Assembly (NCBI GenBank): GCA_965218795.1
Contig: OZ244653.1
Location: 4,512,001-4,576,000 of the forward strand
DNA from: a bacterium
GTDB lineage: Bacteria > UBA8248 > JACPRG01 > G963555815
Reading direction: 5' to 3'
DNA length: 64,000 nucleotides
The notes beneath the pieces are model-generated. The model ran no database searches and had not been told where the DNA came from. It saw only the letters and a program-made list of their open reading frames with translations. The translations under genes were made by a program, and so were the position numbers. Below are positions 1-9,383 of the stretch, one piece after another; positions within the stretch are counted from its first letter, which is position 1, and every line of letters begins with the position of its first letter.

Positions 1-132
1 CGGGAACTGGCCTCCTTGCTGGAAGACGCCGACCGAAGATGCGCGATGAGCCAGAGGGGCATCGAGGCGGTCGACGGCCAGGGAAGTGGACGGGTCGCAA
101 CGGCGATTGAGGAGTGCCTGCGGGTTGGCTGA
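1..132 (+). CDS. 3' end of a probable PseG/SpsG-family protein (partial)
   Basis: Frame from nt 1 reads RELASLLEDADRRCAMSQRGIEAVDGQGSGRVATAI...*; the vDG.G..Rva ending is typical of PseG/SpsG and the gene sits in a nonulosonate locus. Confidence 0.55.
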   Translation, partial: RELASLLEDADRRCAMSQRGIEAVDGQGSGRVATAIEECLRVG

Positions 133-313
133 GGCCCTGGAAAGGTGCGAATGCCCGTCCGGCAAACGGCCTCATGGGGTGCCGGCAGGTTCAGAACCTC
201 CACGCGCTGGGGGCTGATGGACGGATCCTGCGTTTGCCCCGAGACGCCCGTCTCTCACCCACGGTCCTTGGGGAGCCGCCCGGGGCTCCTCATCCCTATA
301 CCCGGGTTTTGAA

Positions 314-1456
314 ATGCCAATCTGGTCCAAGAAGACTCCTTTGAGGGCAATGGCCGGGCGCGATCACGTGGAGACCTGGTTCTCCCAGGGATCTCCGGAA
401 GACGAGGGCCGCGCTTACCAGGTGAGTGTCCGATTGGGGAAACCCGTCGACATTCTCACCCTGAAATCCAATGTCATCGAAGGATTCGGCTCTTATGTCT
501 CCCACATGAGATCGGCCGGGACCCTGCTGTTTCAGTCGGCGGACTTGGAGGAGGTCTTGGCGTGCCCCGTGTGCAGGTCGGCCAACGTCGCCGACCTGCC
601 CAGCCTCACCGTCTACGGGGGGGGGGGTACTGCCAGTGTGCCGATTGCGACCACTACTTCGTGGGCAAGCGGCCCTCTGAGGAATCTGTCCGGGAGTTCT
701 ATGCGCAGGATACTTTCTATGCGGACACCTACACCGATAAGCGGACCGCCGAGATGAGGGTTCAACAGATTGCGATGTCGAAGGCCGAGTGGATGGCGGA
801 TCAGTTTTCCGCCCTCTACGGCCGGAACCCTGAAACGGTCCTTGATGTGGGAGCGGGTAGCGGACATTTCGTTCATGCCTGCAGGCGGATGGGCATCGAA
901 GCCCGAGGGATCGAGATCAGCGATTCAAGCCGCGAATTTTGTCGGTCACAGTTCGGCTTCGACCTGGAAGACGTCGATTTTCTAGAAGCGTGGCAAGATT
1001 ACTCGCCCGTGGACATTGTTACCTTTTGGGGCGTCATCGAGCATGTTACCGAAGCCCATGGGACTGATGCATACCGCCCGGAAAGCAATCCGTGAGGAGG
1101 AGTCGCTGGTCGTGGCGGAAGTCCCCCGATGGGACTGCCTCGGAACGGCCGTCCAGAGCGCCTACTCGGACTCCATCGTTCGTCATCTGAATCCGATCAG
1201 TCACATCCACTGTTTCACCGACACTTCCCTTGCCACGGTGTTCGAGTCCAGCGGCTTGGCACCAGCGGCCGCCTGGTACTTTGGAATGGACGCGTATGAG
1301 CTGGCCGTGCAGTTGGCCTACCACGCCCAAGAGGACAATATCTTGAGATCCATCGGCCAGCACATCCCCTCTTGGCAGGCTTGCCTCGATGGGGGCCGGC
1401 TGTCCGATGAAATTGTCGTCGCGGGGAGACCAATCGCGGCCGAGGGGTTCGCGTAG
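314..1456 (+). pseudogene. Zn-ribbon class I SAM methyltransferase broken by two frameshifts
   Basis: CPVC in ORF 314, CxxC + VLDVGAGSG + EH motif in ORF 562, and the C-terminus in ORF 1016 join into one protein; shifts at the G11 run (617-627) and an extra base near 1048. Confidence 0.75.
617..627 (+). repeat. G11 homopolymer tract at the frameshift
   Basis: GTCTAC-G11-TACTGCCAG; G9 or G12 would restore the frame. Confidence 0.9.
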
Positions 1457-1468
1457 CGGGAAGTCAAA

Positions 1469-1708
1469 TTGCGCACGGGTCTTCGCCTTTCATTGGATCA
1501 ACTGATTGAGGAAGCCGATGAACTTCTGCATCGCGCTTTTCCGATTGGTCGGGGTATCACGGGGGAGGGCGTTCGAGAGACCCTGTCGATGTGGAGAGAA
1601 GTGGTCGATTTTGAGATTCATAGAGTATTATTTGGATGGTCAATTAACGTCCAAACAACCGACTTTGATTCGGCAGCCCTAGCTGGTTTCGAGTGCGTTT
1701 TGCGTTGA
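1469..1708 (+). pseudogene. N-terminal fragment of a DUF4910/aminopeptidase-like polysaccharide-locus protein
   Basis: LHRAFPIGRGITGEGVRETL resembles the conserved lfPi.RsitG.GvReTL N-terminus; resemblance is lost after about 55 codons. Confidence 0.6.
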
Positions 1709-1877
1709 ACGCCCCTGCCGGTCTTCCCGATTCCTTGCGCCCGCCGGATCCGATATCGACAGCGTTTTCTTCCCGTGACCTTTTGAAGATTCCCTGGCGG
1801 CCCCGGTCAGTTTTCTGGGACCTCCTCCGGTCGATCTCGCCCGGGGAGTCCTCAAGGGCGCCCCGGAGGAGGGACGG

Positions 1878-2552
1878 GTGATCCAGCCCGTTCGCGCCTT
1901 TGTTCAGGCCCGGATGACTTCTCGCCGGTTTCCCGGAAAGGTCCTTGCGCCCTTTCGAGGCGAACCGCTCATCCGGCGCGTCCTGGGGGTCTTGGAAGCA
2001 GCGTTGCCCGGGGTTGCCGTCACCGTCGTCACCAGCACCGATTGTACGGACGACCCTTTGGCCGCCTATCTGGAGACCGCTGGCGCGTCTGTGTTTCGGG
2101 GACCCCTGGAGCGGGTCTTCGATCGCTTCCGCCTGTGCATGGTGAACCATCCCTGCGAGTGGGTCCTTCGGGTCTGCGCCGATAGCCCTTTGCTGAACCC
2201 TCACGTCCTTGAAGCAGTCGTCCACCGCGCCGAGGGCTCCGATGCCGACTTGGTGACGAACATCTTTCCCCGCACCTTTCCCAAAGGGCACAGCGCGGAG
2301 ATGATCCGGGTCAGCCGGTATCTGCAAATTGATGTCAAGGTTCTTTCCGATCAGGATCAAGAGCATGTGACGCCCTATTACTATCGGAACCCGAAACAGT
2401 TTCGGATCGCCAACGTAGCGTCCGGCGATTCCCGTCTTGCCCAGATGAACGTGGCCGTGGAGACCGTCGAAGACCTTTGGCGGCTGGAGCGGCTTTCAGA
2501 AAAAGAGATCCGAGGGCTGTGGAACGAGGCTTTGCCCGCAAGTCGGGGTTGA
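1878..2552 (+). CDS. SpsF-like cytidylyltransferase (CMP-nonulosonate synthetase family)
   Basis: QARMTSRRFPGKVL, RVCADSPL, RTFPKG and EHVTPY motifs. Confidence 0.85.
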   Translation: MIQPVRAFVQARMTSRRFPGKVLAPFRGEPLIRRVLGVLEAALPGVAVTVVTSTDCTDDPLAAYLETAGASVFRGPLERVFDRFRLCMVNHPCEWVLRVCADSPLLNPHVLEAVVHRAEGSDADLVTNIFPRTFPKGHSAEMIRVSRYLQIDVKVLSDQDQEHVTPYYYRNPKQFRIANVASGDSRLAQMNVAVETVEDLWRLERLSEKEIRGLWNEALPASRG

Positions 2553-3562
2553 AGGAGTCCCAAGAGCTGGGCGTTGCCGTGATCGGCCTTGGGGTGGGAG
2601 AGCAGCACGCGCGGGTGTACGCCCGCCTGAAATCGTGCTCGCTGCGATGGCTCTTCGACCTGGATCCCGCCCTCGTGGATCGGGTGGCGCAGGAACTCGG
2701 CGAAGCCCCATCCGCCGAGGACATCGAGACCATCCTTGACGACCCTTCCGTGGACGTTGTATCCGTCGCTTCCTATGACGATGCTCACTTTCGTCAGGTT
2801 CTGGCGGCGCTGCGGGCAGGGAAGCACGTCTTCGTCGAGAAGCCGCTCTGCCGGTCGCGCGATGAATTGCGGGAGATCAAGCGGGCGTGGTCGGAGGGCG
2901 CCGACCGTCACCTTCTCTCCAACCTGGTCCTTCGAGCCGCCCCCCTGTACCGGTGGCTGAAGGAGGCAGTGGAGGGGGGGGAGCTGGGCGAGATTTACGC
3001 TTTTGACGGCGACTATCTCTACGGGCGACTTTGGAAGATCACGGACGGCTGGCGGAAGGACGTAGTGAACTACTCGGTCATGCAGGGAGGCGGCGTCCAC
3101 TTGGTGGACCTGATGCTTTGGATCACCGGCCAGAGGCCCGTCTCTGTCGAGGCTGCCGGCAACCGGATGAGTACGGAGGGCACGGAGTTTCGATACAACG
3201 ATTACATGTCTGCGACCTACCAATTCGCCTCGGGACTGATCGGACGGATCACCGCCAACTTCGGCTCCGTCCACCCTCACCAGCATGTGGTCCGGGTCTT
3301 CGGAACGAAAGGGACGCTCATCTATGACGATCAAGGACCTCGATTGTTCAGCTCTCGGGATCCGGAACTCCCTGCGAAGTTTCTGGACCTGTCCCCCCTG
3401 CCCGCTTCCAAAGGCGACTTGATCCCCGATTTCGTAAAGTCGATTTCGGACGGCAGCGACACCCGAGCGGCAATCCATCACGAGTTTGACCTGATCAGCG
3501 CGTGCACGGCGGCCGATGAGGCCTTGGCCGCAGCGACCCCGGTGGAGATCGAATACGTATGA
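2549..3562 (+). CDS. Gfo/Idh/MocA family oxidoreductase
   Basis: VAVIGLGVG Rossmann motif, HVFVEKP, GGVH; TTG start overlaps the previous stop. Confidence 0.88.
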   Translation: MKESQELGVAVIGLGVGEQHARVYARLKSCSLRWLFDLDPALVDRVAQELGEAPSAEDIETILDDPSVDVVSVASYDDAHFRQVLAALRAGKHVFVEKPLCRSRDELREIKRAWSEGADRHLLSNLVLRAAPLYRWLKEAVEGGELGEIYAFDGDYLYGRLWKITDGWRKDVVNYSVMQGGGVHLVDLMLWITGQRPVSVEAAGNRMSTEGTEFRYNDYMSATYQFASGLIGRITANFGSVHPHQHVVRVFGTKGTLIYDDQGPRLFSSRDPELPAKFLDLSPLPASKGDLIPDFVKSISDGSDTRAAIHHEFDLISACTAADEALAAATPVEIEYV

Positions 3563-4728
3563 GACAAGCCGATCAGGTTCGCGACATCCCATTCGGTCGA
3601 CCCTGGATCACGGAAGAAGACCGCCAGGCGGTGATGGAGGTCCTGCAGGGCCCCATCCTGACCCATGGTCCTCAGGGCAAGGCCTTCGAGGCGGAGTTCG
3701 CGGAGTTCATGGGCGAAGATGTCCATTGCCTGACGGTCAGTTCCTGTATGGCGGCCCTTCATTTGGCCTATCTCCACTTCGGCATTGGCCCGGGGGACGA
3801 CGTGATTGTGCCCGCCCAGACGCATACGGCCACCGCCCACGCCGTGGAGTGGGTCGGAGCCACGCCTGTTTTCGTGGATTGCGAGCCGGCCACCGCCAAC
3901 GTGACCGCAAAGTCCGTGGCCGCTGCTGTCACCCCCCGCACGAAGGCCATCTCTGTCGTGCATTTTGTCGGGATTCCATGCGATATGCCCGGCATCATGA
4001 GAGTAGCCGAGCATCACGGACTCAAGGTGATCGAAGACTGTGCTCTGGCCCTGGGGGCGTGCTGGCAGGGGAAGCACGTGGGCCTTTTTGGCGATGCGGG
4101 ATGTTTTTCCTTCTACCCGGTCAAGCACATCACCACCGGGGAAGGAGGGATGTTCATCACGCGTCACGAGGGGGTCGCCCGGGGAGTGAGGGAGCTTCGG
4201 GCCTTCGGCATCGACCGGACGCACACCGAGCGGAGCCTTCCAGGGATGTACGACGTCCCCGTCCTGGGACTCAATTATCGGATGAGTGAGCTTCAGGCGG
4301 CCCTCGGGAGAAATCAGCTTTCGCGCATCGGGGAAATCCTGGGGAAGCGCAAATCCAATTTTGAGACCTTGAGATCCAGGGTGAACGAGCTGGAGGGGGT
4401 CCATGTCCTCGATGCCGCCGAAGGAGACGCGCAGAGCAGCCACTATTGCCTGACGCTTGTTTTGGAGGGAGAGCTTCGGTCGCGACGTAGTGAAATCCAG
4501 GGCCGACTGAGAGAAGCGGGGGTCGGCACCAGTATTTATTATCCCCGTCCGGTCCCACGAATGACTTATTACCGGGAGAAGTACGGCTACGATTCGGCCG
4601 GCTATCCCTATGCATCGGAGATCAGTGACGGCTCTGTCTCATTCCCGGTGGGACCACACGTCCATGAGAAAGATGTGAGCTACATGGCCGATGTCATCCG
4701 CCAGGTTTTGGGAAAGGATACCCCATGA
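3559..4728 (+). CDS. DegT/DnrJ/EryC1/StrS sugar aminotransferase
   Basis: VIEDCA, FSFYPVKHITTGEGGM (PLP lysine), GLNYRMSELQAALG. Confidence 0.93.
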   Translation: MRQADQVRDIPFGRPWITEEDRQAVMEVLQGPILTHGPQGKAFEAEFAEFMGEDVHCLTVSSCMAALHLAYLHFGIGPGDDVIVPAQTHTATAHAVEWVGATPVFVDCEPATANVTAKSVAAAVTPRTKAISVVHFVGIPCDMPGIMRVAEHHGLKVIEDCALALGACWQGKHVGLFGDAGCFSFYPVKHITTGEGGMFITRHEGVARGVRELRAFGIDRTHTERSLPGMYDVPVLGLNYRMSELQAALGRNQLSRIGEILGKRKSNFETLRSRVNELEGVHVLDAAEGDAQSSHYCLTLVLEGELRSRRSEIQGRLREAGVGTSIYYPRPVPRMTYYREKYGYDSAGYPYASEISDGSVSFPVGPHVHEKDVSYMADVIRQVLGKDTP

Positions 4729-5771
4729 CCATCGAATTACGAGGGCGCAGGGTCGCTATCATCGGCGGGGCGGGGTTTATCGGTCACAATCTGGCCCTGG
4801 GTCTGGCCCGGAGGGGGGCCCAGGTGGAGGTGATCGATAGCCTGCAGGTGAACAACCTGGTCTCGTTCTCCTCCAAGATGCCCGATCTTTACAATCGTGA
4901 CTTATACCTGCGCATCATCCATCAGCGGCTGGATCTTCTCCACAATGAGGGAATCCCGCTTCACGTGCAGGACGCCCGCGAGTATCATGCCCTGGGGGCG
5001 CTGCTCAATCACAAGATCCAGCCCCACGTCATCGTACATTTGGCCGCGGTGGCGCATGCCGGAAGAGCCAACAAGGACCCTTACAGCACGTTCGATCACA
5101 GCTCCCGCACATTGGAGAACGCCCTGGACTGCGCTCGAGGCAATGTCGAGCAGTTCATTTTTTTCTCGTCCAGCATGGTCTACGGAGATTTTCAAACCGA
5201 TGCGGTCGACGAAGAGCACCCCCTGAACCCCATCGGCATCTATGGGGCGCTCAAGGCCGGGGGGGAGAAGCTCGTTATCGCCTACCAGCAGGTGTTTGAT
5301 CTGCCCTACACCATCATCCGGCCCTCGGCCCTGTACGGGCCCCGATGCGTCAGCCGCAGGGTGGGTCAGGTGTTCATCGAGAATGCGATCCAGGGATCCG
5401 GGTTAAGGGTCGAAGGCGATGGCACGGATCGGATTGACTTCACGTTCATTGACGACTTGGTCGAAGGAATTCGTCTCGCCATCCAGATCCCCGCTGCCCG
5501 CAATCAAATTTTCAATATGACCTGTGGCAGCGCTCGTTCGGTCCGGGATCTGGTGGCCATCGTCCAAGAGCACTTCCCTGACGTGGAGGTCGAATTCGCC
5601 GAACGTGACAGACTGATCCCTTCTCGCGGCACCCTGAAAATCGACAAAGCGGCTGAGCTTTTAGGGTACGCGCCCAGGTATCCCTTGGAAACGGGTTTCC
5701 CGAAGTACATCGAGTGGTACAAGGAGCTGACGGCCGAAGGACCGGGGGGCGGGGCCCGAAACGGACCATGA
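4725..5771 (+). CDS. NAD-dependent nucleotide-sugar epimerase/dehydratase
   Basis: GGAGFIG, SSSMVYG, YGALK (YxxxK). Confidence 0.92.
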   Translation: MTIELRGRRVAIIGGAGFIGHNLALGLARRGAQVEVIDSLQVNNLVSFSSKMPDLYNRDLYLRIIHQRLDLLHNEGIPLHVQDAREYHALGALLNHKIQPHVIVHLAAVAHAGRANKDPYSTFDHSSRTLENALDCARGNVEQFIFFSSSMVYGDFQTDAVDEEHPLNPIGIYGALKAGGEKLVIAYQQVFDLPYTIIRPSALYGPRCVSRRVGQVFIENAIQGSGLRVEGDGTDRIDFTFIDDLVEGIRLAIQIPAARNQIFNMTCGSARSVRDLVAIVQEHFPDVEVEFAERDRLIPSRGTLKIDKAAELLGYAPRYPLETGFPKYIEWYKELTAEGPGGGARNGP

Positions 5772-6721
5772 AGATCCTCTTTGCAGGCAACAAGAAGCGG
5801 GGTGTCGTCTGCCTGCAGGCCCTGGCCGGGACTGGCAACGATATTGTCGCTGTGCTCGCCCATCCCTCAGGGAACCACCCTCACCCGCCGGGAAGCGTGG
5901 CGGAGGTCGCCCTTGAGATGGGGCTGCCACTTCTTCAGCCAACCGATGTGAACGTCCTCGAAATGGTCGCTTCTTTAAGAGGGTTCGCTCCCGAACTCAT
6001 GGTGCTTGCGGGCTATGGCCAGATTCTGAAGCGGCAGGTGATCGAGGTGGCCCCTAAGGGCTGCATCAATCTGCACGCCGGGAAGCTTCCCCAATACCGG
6101 GGTTCTTCGCCTCTGAACTGGGCCCTGATCAACGGTGAAAGGGAGTTTGCGTTGTCGTTGATCGAGGTGGATGCGGGCGTGGACAGCGGAAACGTCCTGC
6201 ACGAGAGGTCCTTTCCCATCTCCATCGACGATACGATCGCCGACCTTCACGACACGGCCAACCGCGTCTTTCCGGAGATGTTGATCGAGGTTTTGGAACA
6301 GGTTCGCGCCGGGACGCTCCGTCCGCGGAAGCAGGATGACGCCCTCGCGGGTTACTATCCGCTGCGCTTTCCCGACGATGGTCTGATTTTTTGGGATTTG
6401 TTGACCTCGGAGCAGATTCACAACCGCATTCGGGCTCTGGCCGAACCTTATCCCTGCGCCTTCACCTTCTTCGATGGTCAGCGGGTCAAGCTCTTGGGGT
6501 CCCGACCGTCGAAACGCGCCTACTACGGAGAGCCGGGGCGTATTTATCAGAAGAAAGAAAACGAATTACTCGTCTGCGCGTCCGACCGGTGCCTTTGGAT
6601 TCAGCGGGCTGTCACCGAGGAGACGCAAGAGGATATCTTTGGGACCGTTCAGCGTTACGCCAAGTTCGCAACCGTGCGGGACTTGGCTGTGGCGGCATTC
6701 AGCCATCAGGGGCCGGCGTGA
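5768..6721 (+). CDS. Sugar N-formyltransferase (Fmt-like)
   Basis: INLHAGKLPQYRGSSPLNWALING, VDSG, and a C-terminal IRALAEPYPCAF domain. Confidence 0.88.
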   Translation: MKILFAGNKKRGVVCLQALAGTGNDIVAVLAHPSGNHPHPPGSVAEVALEMGLPLLQPTDVNVLEMVASLRGFAPELMVLAGYGQILKRQVIEVAPKGCINLHAGKLPQYRGSSPLNWALINGEREFALSLIEVDAGVDSGNVLHERSFPISIDDTIADLHDTANRVFPEMLIEVLEQVRAGTLRPRKQDDALAGYYPLRFPDDGLIFWDLLTSEQIHNRIRALAEPYPCAFTFFDGQRVKLLGSRPSKRAYYGEPGRIYQKKENELLVCASDRCLWIQRAVTEETQEDIFGTVQRYAKFATVRDLAVAAFSHQGPA

Positions 6722-7740
6722 TTATTGGGGACTTTGACACTTCTGAGAAGGTCGTGGTCGTTGCCGAGATCGGCAACAACCACGAGGGCGATTTTCAGGT
6801 CGCCCAGGACTTGGTGCGGGCGGCGGCTTCGTGCGGGGTGGACGCCGTCAAGTTCCAGATGTTCCGGACAGAACACTACGTCAGCCGCAGCGACGAAAAG
6901 CGGTTTGCGCAGCTCAAGGCATTCGAACTGAGCGAGGCCCAATTCGCGGATCTGTCTCAGCTGGCGCATGGGTTGGGACTCCTCTGTATCTCGACGCCGT
7001 TTGATCTGGGCAGCGCGGATTTCCTGGAGACGAGGATCGACGCATACAAGGTGGCGTCGGGTGACAACGACTTCTATCCCCTCCTGGATCAAATCGCGCG
7101 CACGGGAAAACCGCTCATCCTTTCCACCGGTTTGAGCGACCTTTCGCAGGCGGATCGCTCGGTGTCGTTTGTGAGAAGGCGCTGGGCGGAGAGCGGGATC
7201 AAAGGACAACTGGCCGTCCTTCATTGCGTGAGTAGCTACCCGGCGCCGGCCGAACAGGCCAGTCTCCTGAGCATCCGGGCCCTGAAGGAGCGGCTGGGTG
7301 TCATCGTGGGATATTCGGACCATACGGTCGGCCTGGACGCCGCCCTACTGGCCGTTGGGGTGGGCGCGCGCATCATCGAAAAGCACTTCACCCTGAGCAA
7401 AGACTTCTCTCCCTTCCGCGACCACCGCCTTTCGGCCGACCCCCCGGAGATGGAAGAGATGGTCCGGCGGATTCGCCTGGCGGAATCAATGCTGGGGGAG
7501 CCGGCGAAAAGGCTCCAGCCGTGCGAGGAGTCGGCGGCCCAGGCGTTGCGGCGGTCGATTGTGGCCGGCCGGGACCTGCCGCGGGGCCATCGGCTGGAAT
7601 GGTCTGACCTCACCTGGGTCCGTCCCGCAGGGGGGCTTCCCCCGGGGGAGGAAGACCGGTTGGTCGGAAAGATCACAAAGCGCGGGGTGGCCTTCGGCGA
7701 GAGACTGGGCGTCGCCGACGTGGAGGAGCCGCCGAGTTGA
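6718..7740 (+). CDS. neuB: N-acetylneuraminate synthase family (nonulosonic acid synthase) with SAF domain
   Basis: AEIGNNHEGD, DAVKFQ, LHCVSSYPAP, GYSDHT, IEKHFTL, C-terminal RRSI..RPAGGLPP. Confidence 0.9.
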   Translation: MIIGDFDTSEKVVVVAEIGNNHEGDFQVAQDLVRAAASCGVDAVKFQMFRTEHYVSRSDEKRFAQLKAFELSEAQFADLSQLAHGLGLLCISTPFDLGSADFLETRIDAYKVASGDNDFYPLLDQIARTGKPLILSTGLSDLSQADRSVSFVRRRWAESGIKGQLAVLHCVSSYPAPAEQASLLSIRALKERLGVIVGYSDHTVGLDAALLAVGVGARIIEKHFTLSKDFSPFRDHRLSADPPEMEEMVRRIRLAESMLGEPAKRLQPCEESAAQALRRSIVAGRDLPRGHRLEWSDLTWVRPAGGLPPGEEDRLVGKITKRGVAFGERLGVADVEEPPS

Positions 7741-8447
7741 AGGTGGTTCTCCTGACGACGGATACGACCCATCACACCTATTTTGCGTGGAGGCTCAACG
7801 CAGAGCTCCCGCTTGCCTGTATTTTCCTGGAGAGCCGAGCCGCAACGGCGTCGTTTGAGACCCATCACCCCTTCGAGGAACAGCGCGACGCCTATGAGCG
7901 GGAGGTTCTGCTCTCGGACTTTCAGGGGGCTTTTACAGACATCGCGGACACCCGAGGCTTCGAATCATGCAACTCCGAGGAATGCCTCTCCGCCATCCAG
8001 GCGATTCGACCGGACGTCGCGATCGTGTTCGGCACGGGTAAGTTGGAGCGTCCTGTCTTGGAGACTCCTTCCACGGCCTGCCTGAACCTCCACGGCGGTA
8101 ACCCGGAGGAGTACCGAGGTCTGGATACCCACCTGTGGGCGATATATCACGAGGACTTCGACAACCTGGTCACCACTCTTCACCATGTGGATGAAGGGCT
8201 GGATACGGGCGAGATTGTCTTCCAATCCCGGCTGGAACTGAGCCGGGAATGCCGATTGCACGAACTCCGGGCCATGAACGCCAAGGTGTGTGTGGACCTC
8301 TCGGTTTTGGCGCTTCGAGCTCTGGCATCCAATGCAGCCCTTCCCTCACGCAAGCAGTTGAGTCGGGGAAGATACTATTCCTTTATCCCTTCTGTTCTGA
8401 AAGAAATCTGCGTCAAGAAGTTTGAGCGATACGTTTCCCGGTTGTGA
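7737..8447 (+). CDS. Formyltransferase (single domain)
   Basis: LNLHGGNPEEYRG and LDTG motifs. Confidence 0.8.
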   Translation: MKVVLLTTDTTHHTYFAWRLNAELPLACIFLESRAATASFETHHPFEEQRDAYEREVLLSDFQGAFTDIADTRGFESCNSEECLSAIQAIRPDVAIVFGTGKLERPVLETPSTACLNLHGGNPEEYRGLDTHLWAIYHEDFDNLVTTLHHVDEGLDTGEIVFQSRLELSRECRLHELRAMNAKVCVDLSVLALRALASNAALPSRKQLSRGRYYSFIPSVLKEICVKKFERYVSRL

Positions 8448-9349
8448 AGAGTTACTCTGGATTCCTCAGCGACGACGGCTTCGCCATCTTCTTGTTTCAC
8501 GGCGTGATTCGGCGCCAGCGTCATGAAGTGCGAAACTACACCCGCAAACACATTTTACTGGATCGGTTCGTTTTCATTTTGCGGGACTTGGTGCAGAACG
8601 GTACGCCGGTCTCGATGCCGGAGATTGTGAAGGCCAGCGCAGAGACTCGCTCGCTGCCCGAACGCGCGTTCGCTGTGACATTCGACGACGGCTTCGAGAA
8701 CAGCTACTCCATCGCCGCGCCCGTCCTGGAGGAATTCAGGGTTCCGGCGACTTTCTACGTCACAACCCGATTTATCGAAGAAGGGGCGTGTTCCTGGATC
8801 GACATGATCGAAAGCGCGGTTGATGGGCAAGAGGAAGTCCGGCTTCGGCTGCCGGCGCTGGATGTCAACGGCCGGTACGCCACGCGGGAAGACAAGCTGG
8901 AGTTGCTCGAGGCTGTACGTCAGTATGTCAAGAATCATCCCCAGGTGGATCCCTACGCCTTCGCGCAAGAGGTCTGGGACCAATCGAGCTTGGAAGCGAT
9001 GGAACTGGATCCGGAGCTCGATGGAAAGATGAGCTGGGAGCAGCTCCGGGAACTCAACGGCAACCCTTCATTCACCGTTGGGGGACACGGGCACACCCAT
9101 CGTATCCTGGAGTTCCTGGATGATTCCGAGATGGAGGACGAGGTGGCCACGAGCCTGGGGAAGTTACGCGGGAACCTCGGCCCGGCCGTCGTTCACTATT
9201 CGTATCCCGAGGGCCTTTGGAACTGCTATTCCCAGCGGGTGATTCGAAGGCTTCGCCGTCACGGCATCGTCTGCGCCCCCAGCGCGGAAAACGGCATCAA
9301 TCATCCGGGGGACGACCTGTTCCACCTCAAACGCATTCTGGTCACCTAA
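8444..9349 (+). CDS. Polysaccharide deacetylase (CE4/NodB-like)
   Basis: TFDDG, GGHGHTH, SYPEG. Confidence 0.85.
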   Translation: MKSYSGFLSDDGFAIFLFHGVIRRQRHEVRNYTRKHILLDRFVFILRDLVQNGTPVSMPEIVKASAETRSLPERAFAVTFDDGFENSYSIAAPVLEEFRVPATFYVTTRFIEEGACSWIDMIESAVDGQEEVRLRLPALDVNGRYATREDKLELLEAVRQYVKNHPQVDPYAFAQEVWDQSSLEAMELDPELDGKMSWEQLRELNGNPSFTVGGHGHTHRILEFLDDSEMEDEVATSLGKLRGNLGPAVVHYSYPEGLWNCYSQRVIRRLRRHGIVCAPSAENGINHPGDDLFHLKRILVT

Positions 9350-9383
9350 GAAGGGCATTGGCGAGAAGGACACCGTCGGTTCG

